From Vicugna vicugna (taxonomy: Eukaryota): DNA of 64,000 nt. The DNA lies in the NCBI GenBank assembly GCA_013265495.1, contig MU058198.1:2244419-2308418 (forward strand). Direction: 5' to 3'. This document shows, piece by piece, positions 49,740 to 62,180 of this stretch (positions within the stretch are counted from its first letter, which is position 1; each line of letters starts with the position of its first letter). The position numbers and the translations under genes were made by a program. The notes below the pieces were generated by a model. The model saw nothing but the letters and a program-made list of their open reading frames with translations, had not been told where the DNA came from and did no database searches.

Positions 49740-50120
49740 TGTACTTGTTAGAACCCTTTTAGTTGCAAATGACAGACCTCCAATTTACATTAGCTAAACT
49801 GAAAAAAAAGGAATTTCTAGACCAGCATAAGTGAAAACCCCAAACACAGCTGTACCCAGTGGCTCAAATGATGTCATCCTTTGTGTCCAGGCTCTGCTTT
49901 CCTCTGGGTTGGCTTTATCTTCGGGAAGGTTCTCCCTGATCTTGGGAAATTGGTCACCAGCAGCTCTAAGCTTACATGTCACCAGCTAAAGTGACATGCC
50001 AAGGAGGACCCCACCTTCCTTTCCCAGTACACCCCACCAAGTCCTGGGGTGGACTCTTGCTGGGCCAATTTAGACCAGCCACCATAGCCAAGGGGATGAG
50101 ATACACTAACCCATGAGGCC
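49740..50120 (-). mobile_element. MLT1K-like MaLR LTR
   Basis: gttagaacccttttagttgcaaatgacagacctccaa...ggctcaaatgatgtcatc...ggtcaccagcagctc. Confidence 0.6.
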
Positions 50121-50864
50121 TGGAACTAGCGCTCACTCCTGGGGAAAGACAGCGTCGGGGAGGCTGGGTGAGCAGCCCCCAAACCTCAGGGACTGTGAAA
50201 GGGAGACAGACAGGCCAGAGGGCTGTGACCAGGAGAGGAAACGGATCCTGGGTGAGAACAGCAAAGGCCCCCTAGACCATTTCACTTCAGGTCCTTAATG
50301 AAATTTATGACTGAGCTTGATCATCTGCACATAACTTTTCTTGAAAGTTTGATTAAATGTTTTCCTCAGACCCGAAGGGCAGATCATGGGCAAATGAACC
50401 TTTCTGTTGCTTTCTTATTTGTTTTAGCCTCTCTTCTCCCAAACTGGTGCTTTTCTGGCCTGCCATTTGCTTGCACCTTAGGCAATCCTCAGTTTTTGTT
50501 TTAAAGCCTGGGACAGGCAGATGTGCTGAAATTCATGCTCCCCACCCCTGGCTCCCAACCCCCATCTCTGCAGAAGACCAGCGAGTGACAATGCAGAGCT
50601 AAGGCTGGCTGTCTGGGCTGAGTCCACGGTGCAGTCTGCATCTCAGATTCACCTGCCTAGGCTGGTCTCCAGCTGTGGCACGCCCCCTCTGTTTGTACAT
50701 GATGACACAGGCAGAGACACTGCAGAGGGATGAAATCCTCACGTACTCCACAAACACCTGCTCGGGGAATGTTGCTCTCACCCGCCAGCCCCCATCACAC
50801 CTGTCCTGGCACTTTTGACAAAGGGGATAGGGATGCTGGTTGAGCTCTTCTCCCCCTCTACGGC

Positions 50865-50955
50865 TTTCTTGTTTTCTAGTGGAGGTACTGGGAATTGAAC
50901 CCAGGACCTCATGCATGCTAAGCATGCACTGTACCACTGAGCTGTAAACCTCCCC
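50865..50955 (-). mobile_element. Short tRNA-Ala-derived SINE (Vic-1-like)
   Basis: ggaggtactgggaattgaacccaggacctc...ccactgagctgtaaacctcccc is the reverse complement of the SINE head. Confidence 0.85.
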
Positions 50956-51569
50956 ACCATTTCTGATGGAGTTAGAGGAGCCATGAAACAAGCCCAGACT
51001 GGACTCCAGGGAAGCTATCGCTGTAAATCAACTCATGAGTCCTCTGGGTGCTGAGGCACTGGGGTGATGCATTGTCCACCGCTGGGCCCAGTTCCCAACT
51101 TGCAGTCAGCAAGGCCATGGCCAAGGGCCTACTTCTCTGGATGTCTGCTTCCATATCTGCAGAGGATGAAAGCAAGGGTTACAAACTGATGGAACACAGG
51201 CAAATCTGGCCCTACAAGCATGTTTCTCTTGGCCCCCGTAGTATAATATTTTTTTAAATTAGTTACCAAGATTAAAAAATCCTAATATTTCACTATTATG
51301 TCTGCTTTCAGTCTTCTCTTGAACCATTGGGGCTATCTGGCATCACTAAGCTCCAACTCCCCCTTATGTACTTTTCCAGTTATTTCTATGGGATAAATTT
51401 CTGAATCTCAATAGCGAGGTTTAAGGAAATGCATGTTTTCAATTATAAAAGCTCTCCAGTCAGCTTTCTCAAATTTTAAAAAGAATAAAACTGGCCCCAA
51501 ATTTGAATTCCTTCTGGCCCCTGAGAATTGGCAATGTCCTGGGAAACTTCATACTTCATTTGGGTCGTG

Positions 51570-52350
51570 AGTTCAACAAATAACAACTGGCTTATTACAA
51601 CATGTCAGGCACTCTTCCAGGATTGGGGGTACAGACATGACCAGTACAAGGGCCCGCCTTCGTGGAGCTTACAGTCCAGTGGAGGAGGACAGACAATAAA
51701 TTAATAAATCATATACAAGGTCGGTTAGGAATGGCATTATAAAGAAGAGTGGGGTGAGGAAACAGAGAGTGAGATGGAAGGAGGGCTAATTAAATAGAAT
51801 GGCCAAGGAGGAGACGTTTGAACAGACATGTGAAGGAAGTGAGGGAGTGAGCTATGTAGAGATCTGGGGGAGAATGTTCCAGGCAGAGGAAACAGCAAAT
51901 TCAAAGACCCCGAGACAGGAACAAGCTTGGCACATTGCAGAAGCAGCAAGGAGACCTGTGTAGCAAGCCCGGAGCAAGCAGTGTGGAGAGTGGAGGAGGG
52001 GAGGCTAGAGGCAGGCACAGAGCAGGGAGACCTTGCCAAGCTCAGATTTTATGTGACAGATTTAAGCGGGGGAGTGACATGATCTGACTTACGTTTCAAA
52101 TTATTAACTCTGGGTGCTTCATCGGCTGACCGTAGAGAGCAAAGGCTGGGAGACAATGATGGTGTCTTACACTCAAGCGCTGGGTCAGAAATGAGACGAG
52201 AACTGATGGATTCAGAGCCTGGTTTGAAGGCAGAGCCAGGAGGACTTGCTGATGATGGATTGGATAGGTTTGGGGCCACAGCGCCTGGGTGAATGGTAAA
52301 CGGCGTTTACCGAGGTGGGGAAGACTGAACAAGGAGCAGGTCTGAGGAGG
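51570..52350 (-). mobile_element. L2 3' region
   Basis: ttcaacaaata...tgtcaggcactctt...gttccaggcagaggaaacagcaaattcaaagacc...gagtgacatgatctgactt. Confidence 0.8.
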
Positions 52351-52983
52351 AACAATAACTTAGGTTTCCAACAAAGAAGGATTTAAGGCAAAAAGCATCA
52401 AATGGAGACTACCGCCCTAGAGAACTATCAATTTCCTATGAATGAAAATTCCAGTTCACAATGCAGCTATAAAGGGGATGAAGTGTATGTGCTGAATCAA
52501 ACAGCATAGGCATGCAGATAGCATTAGCTGTTAGAAACATAATTAGAAACTCACAGACATACCCCTGCAGCCGGAGAACTCAACACATCTGCCTTCGATT
52601 GGTAGAATAGGCAGAAAATAAATAAGGATATAGAGAAATGAAATAAGATACGCTGATGTAATTAGACATCAGACTTTGTAACTTTCAAAGGCTGCTTTTC
52701 TAGTCTCTGAATTTTCTTTAATAAGCATGTATTACTTTATAAGGATGGATAGTAAATATTAAGGGGGAAAATATTAAATTGGCTGCCACAAATAGGAGCA
52801 GATAGTGCCCAGAGCTAAAGTTGGGACGCTGGGTTTTGCTCCTTCTTCTGTAAAATGAGTCTTCCTTCTGCGGCTTCATGTTGAGGCCGAGGAGCACTTG
52901 TGTGTTACGCGGAGCTGTCAGTGAAAGGTCTGCAGGGGCACAGAGCTGTGCTGGTGGTTCCTGCACGCCCTTTCTGGTTTCAG

Positions 52984-53082
52984 GCTTTCGGCCTCATCAA
53001 GGGGACCAGAGTCGGCATCCTCATTGATGTGTCAGCCGTCAGCAGTGGCCCTCAGAAAGAAGAGTTCCAAAATGACCTCCTG
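52984..53082 (+). CDS. VWA3A: VWA3A exon 7 (start of first VWA-like domain)
   Basis: tttcag acceptor, gtaagt donor; AFGLIKGTRVGILIDVSAVSSGPQKEEFQNDLL. Confidence 0.94.
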
Positions 53083-53499
53083 GTAAGTCTCTCTGGCACA
53101 GAGAAGTGCCTGGATCCACCCCCACCCCCAGCCCACCCTCCCCTTTGTGAGCTGGCTAACTGCCTTTGTTTATAGCAAAACGGAGTGTTTTACAAAGAAC
53201 AGTTCACACTTAATTAGCACCTACAGCTAGAAAAATACATTGAGTTCTGCGAAACCCAGCCTCATAGGCATTCTCAGTTGCAGTGTGAGCTTCCAGTAGT
53301 CTCAGCACAGCACATGCTACTAATTTGACTTTGTCTCGAGAGCCAGGGTTCCCTGGAAGGAGGGCATGGGTACAGTATCAGCTGAACTGACTCCAGCATG
53401 CACAGCAGGGCTTGCCAGCCTTTTCCGAATGGAGGAGAGGAGGGAAGCGATTCTGGTTTCTTTGGCATGTCCGTAACTGAGAAGCTAAGAACTCTAGGG

Positions 53500-53670
53500 T
53501 CAAATCCTAGGCACCTCTACCGCTTCTGGGCTATGTGACCCTGTTACTTAATCTCTCTGTGCCTCAGTTACCTCATCTGTACAATGGGGATGATAGCAGC
53601 AGCCACCTCACAGGGTCGCCAGAGGACAAAAGGAGTTCATGCAAATTAAGTGCTCAGTACAAAGTCTGGC
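53500..53670 (+). mobile_element. MIR
   Basis: ctatgtgaccctgttacttaatctctctgtgcctcagttacctcatctgtacaatggggatgata. Confidence 0.8.
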
Positions 53671-54534
53671 ATCAAAAATCCTCTGGGGAGTAATGAGGAG
53701 GGTCTGCTTTCTCAGAGGAGCCTCGAGAGCTTTGGGTGGGACCTTCACAGCAACAGCAGTTCCAAGGACCCTTTAGAGGGGTCAACATGGGCCAGTTTCC
53801 AGACTTGGTCCCTGTCCCTGGTCTCAGCAGGTGTTGGGGGACAGGTGTCAGTGCAGGCTCCCCTTCATGACAAGTCCCTGGAGCCCAGTTTCCAGAGATC
53901 CCCAAGGTGGACTGGTCCAGTATTAGCCAGGGCAAGGCACATGTTGGTGGCATGCAGGTGAAATTTCTAGCTGGCCAGGAAGGCGAGGGAGGAGTTATCT
54001 TCCTGTTGAATATTCATCAGGCTGAGCTTGAGAGCATGGAACAGGTTGGCACTGCACCCATTGCTCCATCCCCAAATCAGGAGGGAAACCACTGCCCCCG
54101 ACGTCCGTCCTCCTCCCTGAGGGCCACAGTTAAGTGTCAAGTCCCAACCAGAGCACCCGCTGAGATAGGTGCCCATCCCCCCCGCACCCATGACCCAAGT
54201 GGGTGGCAGCCCTCAGGAGCTGCTCCAGAAGAGAACGTGGGCCTGCAGCCAATGAGGGCACAGCTCTCCCAGACTGGACAGCCCATGCCCCCGCCCCCAC
54301 CACGCACAGCCAGGGACAGGCTGGGACAGGCCACTAGGGCACTCCTCCCATGCCCCGTGAGACCCCAAGGGCAGCAAGCAAGTGTCAACTTGGGGCCACT
54401 AAGCCGAGCCTCAAGTGACCCTGTTTCAGCACAATTCACATCCCAGCCCAGAGGGACCAGCCATATCTCAGACGGGAAGCCAGTCTCCATGTGGCCCCGG
54501 CTCTGGGAGCCAGTGACGTCCTTCTGTCCACCAG

Positions 54535-54641
54535 AGCCTCATTGATGAGCAGCTGAGCCACAAGGAGAAGCTGTACGTCTTGTCCTTCGGCACCACCACC
54601 AGCGCCCTCTGGCCTGAGCCCGTGGACGTCAGCACCTCCAC
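54535..54641 (+). CDS. VWA3A: VWA3A exon 8
   Basis: caccag acceptor, gtgagt donor; SLIDEQLSHKEKLYVLSFGTTTSALWPEPVDVSTS(T). Confidence 0.93.
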
Positions 54642-55104
54642 GTGAGTGACTGCCCAGCCTTGGCCCTGGTGTTTCCCCATTTTCCTCCGTACTTCACAAG
54701 TATTTAATATTTGTAGCTGACACATAGAATAGGATCATTATGCCCATTTTGCAGATGAGGAAACTGGGACTCAGACAAGGGAACGTGTCTGAAATGGCAG
54801 AGTCAGGACTGGATTCCCAAGCCCAGAGCAGATTCCAGGGAAAAACACATGCTTGGGTTTCTGGGACGGAGGTCCCCGTGCCCAGCACTAGCCATAAAGA
54901 GGAACCCTTCCACGGAGAGAAGTGCAGGTTCCCACCACAGCGGGGGCCTAGCACCCAGCTCTGACAGTGACTGGGGCATCTGACTGGTCCTTTAACTCTC
55001 TCATTAGCAGAATGTGGTGAGGACACCTGCTTCTCACAGAGTTGTTGTGAAGATGAAGCGAAAAATAAGTACTGCAGGGGGGCAGTCACTCGGTGAACGA
55101 GAGC

Positions 55105-55131
55105 TTTTTTTTTTTTTTTTTTTTTTTTTTT
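55105..55131 (+). repeat. Poly-T tract (27 nt)
   Basis: Direct observation. Confidence 0.95.
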
Positions 55132-56022
55132 GATTTCCACTCTTGTTAGACCCCGGAGCTCTGGGATGTCAGACCTGGAAGTCACCTTGAGGCCATCTAT
55201 CCAAGGGTTCCTCAGCTGCAGTCATTCCCGGGCTCCCCTCGTGATTTCTGTCACATCCCTGCTGCTGTACTGTGACTTACTCTGTGTCGCTGGTACTATT
55301 ACCTGTTTTTAACTATCAGCTCTATAGGTATTTTGATGGAAACAACCAATACCATAATTGAGAAGCCCATTATCACTTGCAGTAATTCAAAGTCATCATA
55401 AAAGTAACACAATGACAGCAAGCAAAACAATGATGTCAAATTCCAGCTTGAAAACCATTGGCTCAAGAAGGCGCCAACCTGGGATTTGTTCTCTGTGTTT
55501 AAAAGGGAGATTCAACATTTACACTAACGAAAAATGGATTTCCTGGCAATGAACTGAGGGTGTTTTTTTTTTTTTTTTAAATCAGACTGAAAGAGAAATG
55601 GAAAGGACAGAGCTCTCATGCCACGGGAGCTATTTAACCAAGAAAGCTCCCTGTGAAGTCATTTTCCCTGTTGTGAGTGGTGTGTCTCCCAATCCATGTG
55701 GGGTGTAGCCAACACGCCTTGGTGCCTTCTGTTCGAGCCCTCTCAGGGTTAGGGGATTAATTCCGTGCTTCAGGCTGAGGTCTGCCTCCCAGGGGAACTG
55801 GAGGGGAAGAAAAATCACACCTGGCTTGAAATCTCAGCATTGCCAGTTGCTTACAGTATCACCTTGGGCAGGTCCTACCTCAGAGCCTCAGTTTCCTCAT
55901 CTATAAAATGGGAATAAAGCTATCCATCGCAAAGAACTACTGTCAGGCTTAAAGGAGCTCCTGTTTGTCCTGGACCTGGCACCTAGTGAGAATTCTGTCT
56001 CCATTATCACCCCGACCCCCAG

Positions 56023-56148
56023 CCTTCAGGAACTCAAGCTCTGGGTAAAGAAACTTGAGCCCGAGGGAGGCAGCAATCTGCTACAAGCCCTGAAGAAAGT
56101 CTTCGCTCTGAAGGGGCTGAATTCTCTGGTGACCATTATGGGAAGCTG
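56023..56148 (+). CDS. VWA3A: VWA3A exon 9
   Basis: ccccag acceptor, gtaggt donor; LQELKLWVKKLEPEGGSNLLQALKKVFALKGLNSLVTIMGS(C). Confidence 0.93.
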
Positions 56149-56475
56149 GTAGGTCTCCTTTCCTAAGCACATAACAGACACAAGAAGGGGCTGGAGAAAC
56201 AAACCATTTTTAGAGAAGAGATCATCAGACATGAGACTTCATGCGCCTTCAAGAGCAGGACTGTGTTCACAGGCCATCCGTCCCCAGATGTGGGGGGAGG
56301 GCAGCCAGGGGAGGCCAGGCCTGTGGTCCACTCTGCCCTGCATCTTGCACAGGTGACCTGGGACACAGGTGGTTGGTTAGATTTGACAGCTGTTCCTTGG
56401 GTGGGTTCCTACCATTCTGCTGTGGCAAGTCCTCGTGCTGGAGTGCCCCCTTCTCTTCTTGCATCTCCTCCCCAG

Positions 56476-56584
56476 CCCAGATCAGCCTTCTGAAATCCTG
56501 TCCGACTACATCCAACAGTCCGCCATGGGAAGGGACCTCATCACCCATTTCATCACCTACAAGTGCAACGAGCAGGTGCCCCCT
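56476..56584 (+). CDS. VWA3A: VWA3A exon 10
   Basis: ccccag acceptor, gtaaga donor; PDQPSEILSDYIQQSAMGRDLITHFITYKCNEQVPP. Confidence 0.93.
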
Positions 56585-56807
56585 GTAAGAACCCGAGATT
56601 CTCCAAGGCTTCCCTCGGACTGGCCACAGTGAGCTGAGCCAGCCTTAGAGGCCCCTGAGCTGTGGACCAGAACACACCTCTCCCTGTACCTAGCGCTCCC
56701 GTGGGTCAGCTGGGAGGCTTTGGACAGTTGGGAGGCTCAGACAAGGAGAAGACTTGTTAGAGTAGTGGTCCTGCCCTAGTGAGGACGGACCCTATGCGTC
56801 CCCACAG

Positions 56808-56873
56808 GCCGTTCTGAAGAACCTTGCAGAAGCTCTTGGGGGCTACTACCACTGCTGTGGTCCAGAGATGGAG
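56808..56873 (+). CDS. VWA3A: VWA3A exon 11
   Basis: ccacag acceptor, gtaagc donor; AVLKNLAEALGGYYHCCGPEME (VWA C-terminal LA..GG.Y motif). Confidence 0.93.
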
Positions 56874-57099
56874 GTAAGCCCTTGGGCCAACACGCTACCC
56901 CCTCCTCCTGTCCCCCGTGCCTCCAAAGTTGTGCCCAGGGAGGCTGGGCCAGACAGACCATGCGGAGTGTGTGTTTGCTTCCTTCCCATCCCTACTCAAT
57001 GAGTTTACATAGGGAAAATCAGCTTAAAATGAGTATGTGGGGAGAACAGGAAACACATGAAGTCACAAGAGATCTTTTGTCTGCGTGTATGATGAGTTG

Positions 57100-57340
57100 G
57101 TTGCACACTGTGAGCCTCGCCCGTGGGAGCCTTTTAAAGCCCCGCAGGGAGAAGCCTGTGTCTCTATGCAGTTGCCATCAATATGGGCCCCACCCACCTC
57201 TGCTCCCACCAAAGCTCTGAGTCTGAAGCAGTTGATTCAGGTCTCTCTTCTAGATGGACCCCTGCTACTGCAGGAGACGTGCAACAATCAGTTCTGGATG
57301 AGCAATTCTGTACTGATCCATCCACTAGTATCCTTGTCCT
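57100..57340 (+). mobile_element. Very old L2/CR1-type reverse transcriptase fossil
   Basis: tgccatcaatat (CHQY) at 57174 and tggatgagcaat (WMSN) at 57295 match the order and rough spacing of the CHQYADDTQLY...WMS.N.LKLN motifs of L2-clade RTs. Confidence 0.35.
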
Positions 57341-58039
57341 AGGTGATAGTAACATCACCCACTCCATATCCACAGTGGAGGACAGCTAGCAATTAACATT
57401 AACAGTTAGCAAATGTGTATGTGGATCCATCTGGCAGATTGAAAATCCAGCTGTCTGTTCACCTAACAGGCTGTGCGTTGCCTGCCAAGCACCAGTAGTC
57501 AGAAGTAAATGAATATTTGCATCTCACAAGTGTGTTCAAGTGTTGCAAAGTCTAGCACTTCACACGAGGGAGCCAAGGTCAGGCCATATTTTCCTTGGGC
57601 AACACCCGTTCTTGTTACGTCATTACCTAGACTCTGTTTGTAGGAGTCACACACTCTATGGGCTGGGAGGTTACCGTGTATGAATGACACTGGCTGGTTT
57701 AAGAAATATTTTCTCCTAAAACCTGTGACCCTCTTGGCTTATCTGTTGTTTTTCCACTCTTGATGGAGGTATGGGTAAAACAAATTTCATTGTCTTTAGT
57801 ATGAGACTGTGCAAGGATGACAAAAAATTACAACTGACTGTGATGGGGGTGCAAGAGAGAGTAGTGGGGAGTGTGGTGAACTAAACAACGTATGCCCCGT
57901 CTATGTAAAGAGGCACTTCTGCTCAGCCCCAGCAGATTGTTGTTATGTAGGAGTGTGACTTCACTGTTTCTAGGTCTTCTGATTTTTCAACAAGAGCCAG
58001 AAGTCTAGATATTTGTGTATGTGTGATTTCTTTACATTT

Positions 58040-58687
58040 TAAAAAATTGAAGTGAAATTCTCATAACATAAAGTGAACAATTAGTAGCATGTAGTACATT
58101 CATAGTGTTGTGAGACCACCAGCTTTATTTAGTTCCAAAACATTTTCATCACCCCAAAAGGAAACCCTGTACCCATTAAAGCAGTTAGTCCACATTCCCC
58201 CCTCCCCCACAGCCCCAGGTAACCACCAATCTGCTTTCTGTCTGTATGGATTTACCTAATCTGGACATTTCATTACATGGAATCATATACCTTTTGTGTC
58301 TGTCTTCCTTCAGTTAGCACAGTGTTTTCAAGGTTCACCTATGGTGTATCACATATCAGGACTTCGTTCTTTTTAATGGTTGAGTAATATTCCATTTTCT
58401 GGATATACACATTTCGTTTCTCCATTCATCAGTCAACAGACACTTGAGTTGTTTCCACCTTTTGACTATTGTGAACTGGCATCAATATTGGTGTACAAGT
58501 GTCTGAGTCCCTGGTTTCAATTATCGTAGATATATAGCTAGGAGTAGAAATGCTGGCCCATGTAGTAATTCTATATTTAATATTTTGAGGAGCCCCCAAA
58601 CTGTTCTCCACAGCAGCTGCATCACTTTGCATTTCCACCAGCATCACACAAGAGTTCCAATTCCTCATGTTCTCTCCAACATTTGTT

Positions 58688-58688
<1 letters not shown>
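58040..58688 (-). mobile_element. L1MB-like 3' end
   Basis: ttccaaaacattttcatcaccccaaaaggaaaccctgtacccattaa...gcatttccaccagca. Confidence 0.85.

Positions 58689-58690
<2 letters not shown>

Positions 58691-58756
<66 letters not shown>
58691..58756 (+). repeat. (GTA)22 perfect trinucleotide microsatellite
   Basis: Direct count; appears as poly-Tyr in the minus-strand ORF track. Confidence 0.97.
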
Positions 58757-59030
58757 TTGCCGTCCTAGAGGATGTAAAATATTTCTTCCCATTTTTAAGG
58801 TTACAGAGTCCTTCAGCTGTTTAAAACCCTGCAGGCCAATACTGTACAAATGGGGCGCATCACCACCGTTCCAGTCTCTGTCGGGCACATGAACCCCACT
58901 TTATATGGTCTGCTTTAAAGAGTCAGCCGCTCCACCTTAGAGACTGACGTGGCCACTTGTACTTTCCTGCCTTGGCCACTGTCAGTAGCCAGGTGACTTC
59001 TGGCTGACCGATTGCTCCCACCACCCACAG

Positions 59031-59156
59031 ATCTGCGCCAGCCGGGAGGTGGATGAGCTCCTGGCAGAAATCCAGAAAGCCCAGAGCCTCCGGAGCCACG
59101 TCCAAGCCCTGCAGCAGAGCGCCCCCTGCGAGGAGCCGGCCGGCGTGAGGCAGGAG
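59031..59156 (+). CDS. VWA3A: VWA3A exon 12
   Basis: ccacag acceptor, gtaggg donor; ICASREVDELLAEIQKAQSLRSHVQALQQSAPCEEPAGVRQE. Confidence 0.9.
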
Positions 59157-59959
59157 GTAGGGGGTGGGAGACGATGCTCTGACCTGGCAGAGGCACTCAG
59201 CTGGCCTCCCTCGGCTCTCCTGGCTCACCTGCCTCCCAGGGGGCGCGGCTGCGCAGCCCCCAACCGCCCACCCCCGCATCGGGAAAGAGAAACAAGGCGA
59301 AGCCCCGCCCCCCACGACCCCCACGGTTCTGAGCTGCAGGGGCCTCTGTGATGGAAGGATCCTGGTGGCTTTTAATTAATTATTAATAATTAAATTATTC
59401 CAGGGAAATTATGATTGATTAATTATTAATTTCCAAATTGTTATTTTAAATAATTGATTATTATTTAAAAACTTATAACATTAATTGTTATTTTTCAGAG
59501 AAAGGCCAGCAGACTCCTGCCACCCCTTCCAACTTCCACCTTCCACTGTCCCCCCTCCCCCCTAGTTTGGAGAATGATGAAAACCTCAGCTGCGCACAGC
59601 AGGCCGTCTTGAAGGCAGTCTTCCCACCCAGCATCTCATTCAGGGCAAAGTCCCTGTTTGGTGATGATTAATTTAACATGAGCAGAATAACTCAGCCAGC
59701 TTATGGACACAAGCACCGTAAAAGCTATGTGCTGTTTAGACCACAGAGAAAACTTAGCTCTGGACAAAGAGAACTGGGAATGCATTTATAGCTTCATAGA
59801 ATGAAGGTCTGGATTTCTGGTACCAGACATTCCTACCTGGCTGGATGTCCTGAAAGAAACACAGCACCTAGACTGGGAGCTTAAATTTTAGTTTCAGCTT
59901 CTCTACTGATTATCGATAAATAATAGCAATAATTATCAGTATTATAATTAGAATAGTTC

Positions 59960-60170
59960 TCATTTACTGAGTGCTTATTATAAGATAGGCACAATGCTTA
60001 ATTCTTTAAATGCCTTATTTTACCTTTAAAATGACATCTGTGTCAGGTATGTCATTACCCCCATTTTACAGGTGAGAAAACTGATGTTAAGAGGTTTAAT
60101 AATTTGCCTGAGACCACAGAGATAGAAATCGATTGAGTCTGACATGAACGCAGGTCTGTCTGACACCAAA
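59960..60170 (-). mobile_element. MIR
   Basis: catttactgagtgctta...ccccattttacaggtgagaaaactga. Confidence 0.75.
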
Positions 60171-60997
60171 ATCTTGCCAGGAGTTTCCCAAAATGAAATG
60201 TATGTGCCACTTGTGGTTTGCAAGATGATTATAAGGTGACATATGGGTTAATATTCTTTCAAATGTTATGTATTTAAAACTAGCTTATCATGATAGAAAT
60301 ATATCTTCTTTCTAAAATTATTTAAGTACAAAAAAGGAGTCAATTAAAAATTAAAATTGAAATTAATATTAATTTCAATTATTTATTAGAATTAATAATT
60401 TAAAAGCTTTAATGTTATACATGTTTTGTTTTTTTAATATTAAGTAAATAACAGTACAGTGGTACTCAAATATAGCAAAATTCATGAAGGCGTTGCTCAA
60501 GTGTCCAAAATATGGGAATTTCTGTTCTGTGTTTTCCTCTTACACAAGCTATGTGATTTAACAACTCAGAACCTCAGGCTTTCTGTTGTAAATGTGGGTG
60601 AGGGAGGCCAGGATAGATCATGGCTCCGTAAATGATCTGGTGTAGGAGTTACTTTTTAGTTCCCTGGAGTCTTATGTTTTGAGCCCAGGGAGGGGCCACC
60701 AGGGATCTTGGAGTCTGCGGTGCTGGTCTTAATGGTAAGGGTGGGAAGGAGTGGGGGGGATGGACAAATCAATAAAGAAGTGATTTTCTGGCTACATCTC
60801 TCTCTTCTCCTGGAAATTCTAGAAATCCCCAGACAAGGGGATGGGGATGGTGGGAGGGGAAGGCAGAACTGCCTTTAATTTACCAGGTAATGTTTTAATA
60901 TGCTCCTATACAGGAACTGGGTTGGGAGGGGGTGGGACTGTGGACTTTCTAGCTACAAAATACGATTATGTAATGATGCTTTTTCATTTTAATTTAG

Positions 60998-61133
60998 ATT
61001 TCCAACAAGATTGCAAAAAGGCCATTCACAAGTCTCTTGCCTAAACCCCCGAAGCATGAGGCTCCCCTCACAATTGAGTTCCCAAACTTGGCCAAGACTT
61101 CGGCAGAATGGCTGAAGACCAACAGCCTGAAAG
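60998..61133 (+). CDS. VWA3A: VWA3A exon 13
   Basis: atttag acceptor, gtaaat donor; ISNKIAKRPFTSLLPKPPKHEAPLTIEFPNLAKTSAEWLKTNSLK(A). Confidence 0.93.
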
Positions 61134-61248
61134 GTAAATCCCCAAAGAGGGCAGAACCCAGGACTCGGGTGACTGACACTGATTGAAAGACGTGAACCCT
61201 CTGGGGCTTCATGATTAGTGCCTCAAACCCCACTATTTATTTTTACAG

Positions 61249-61352
61249 CCAAGAAGCTAAGCCTCTATCAGGTTCTGGCCCCCAATGCATTCTCTCCCAT
61301 GGAGGAATTTGTGCCTATTCTCCGTAAGACAGTCTCATCCACTATCTATGAG
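61249..61352 (+). CDS. VWA3A: VWA3A exon 14
   Basis: ttacag acceptor, gtaaca donor; KKLSLYQVLAPNAFSPMEEFVPILRKTVSSTIYE. Confidence 0.94.
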
Positions 61353-61819
61353 GTAACAGATTCAGAGTTCTCTCCAGTGCTTTGCAGGGGAGCTCCTTTG
61401 TGGTGTTTCCTTCCTTAAATGTTCAGGAAATAAGAGTCATAAGGCAGAGGCCAAGGAGCAGGGGCTGAGGGCTTGGAGTGGGATGTAAGCTTTCCACTCA
61501 GGACTCCAGACCGCTCATCAAACCGACTCTAACTGCTGTTTTTCAAAGATGTGACCATGCAACTTGGGAGATTGGGGTAAGAGGGAGTGTACTGGGCAGC
61601 TTGGTCACCGCCTCCATGGAAGTTTTCTTCCAGCCCACTCAGCACACACTCCCTCTCTTTCTGCCCTTGCTGTACCTTGTACAGACTTCTGCTGTAGCTC
61701 CCAGGATGTGCTAACGCATGTATTTGTTACGTGTCTAAAACCCACCAGAGTATGGGCCCCTTAAAAGAAACAAAATTCTCCGATTCTGTATCCCTGATAT
61801 CTAGTACATGGAAGCAGTT

Positions 61820-62180
61820 AAGGAATGTTGAGTGGGTGGAAGGAAGGATGGAAAGAAGGAAAAGAAGGATGAGTGGGTGCATGGATGGAAATGAATGAAT
61901 AGGTGAAAGGATGGACAGAAATGTGAACAGATGGAAGGATGGATGACAGGATAGAATGAAAAAAGATGAAAGGATAAAAGGAAGGATGGAAGGATGGAGA
62001 AATGGAAGGAAGGAATATTGAGTGAGTAGAAAGATCAGTGGGAAAATGAAACAATGAAAGGAAAGAGAGAGAGTGTGGTGTGTAGTTCTGGCAGTCCATG
62101 GATGGATGACTAAGTGGATGGAGTGAAAGTTAGAGATACAGACGTGACAATTTGATGGAGGATGAAAGAACAAATTGAAC
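61820..62180 (+). repeat. Purine-rich degenerate (GGAA/GGAT)n low-complexity tract
   Basis: Repeated ggaagg, ggatgg and gaatga units. Confidence 0.85.

Noticed and set aside
53907..54545. Longest ORF in the track (212 aa, Pro-rich)
   Set aside because: GC-rich VWA3A intron 7; out of frame with exon 8, no recognisable domain and no splice support.
58622..58888. Poly-Tyr ORF
   Set aside because: Translation of the (GTA)n microsatellite.
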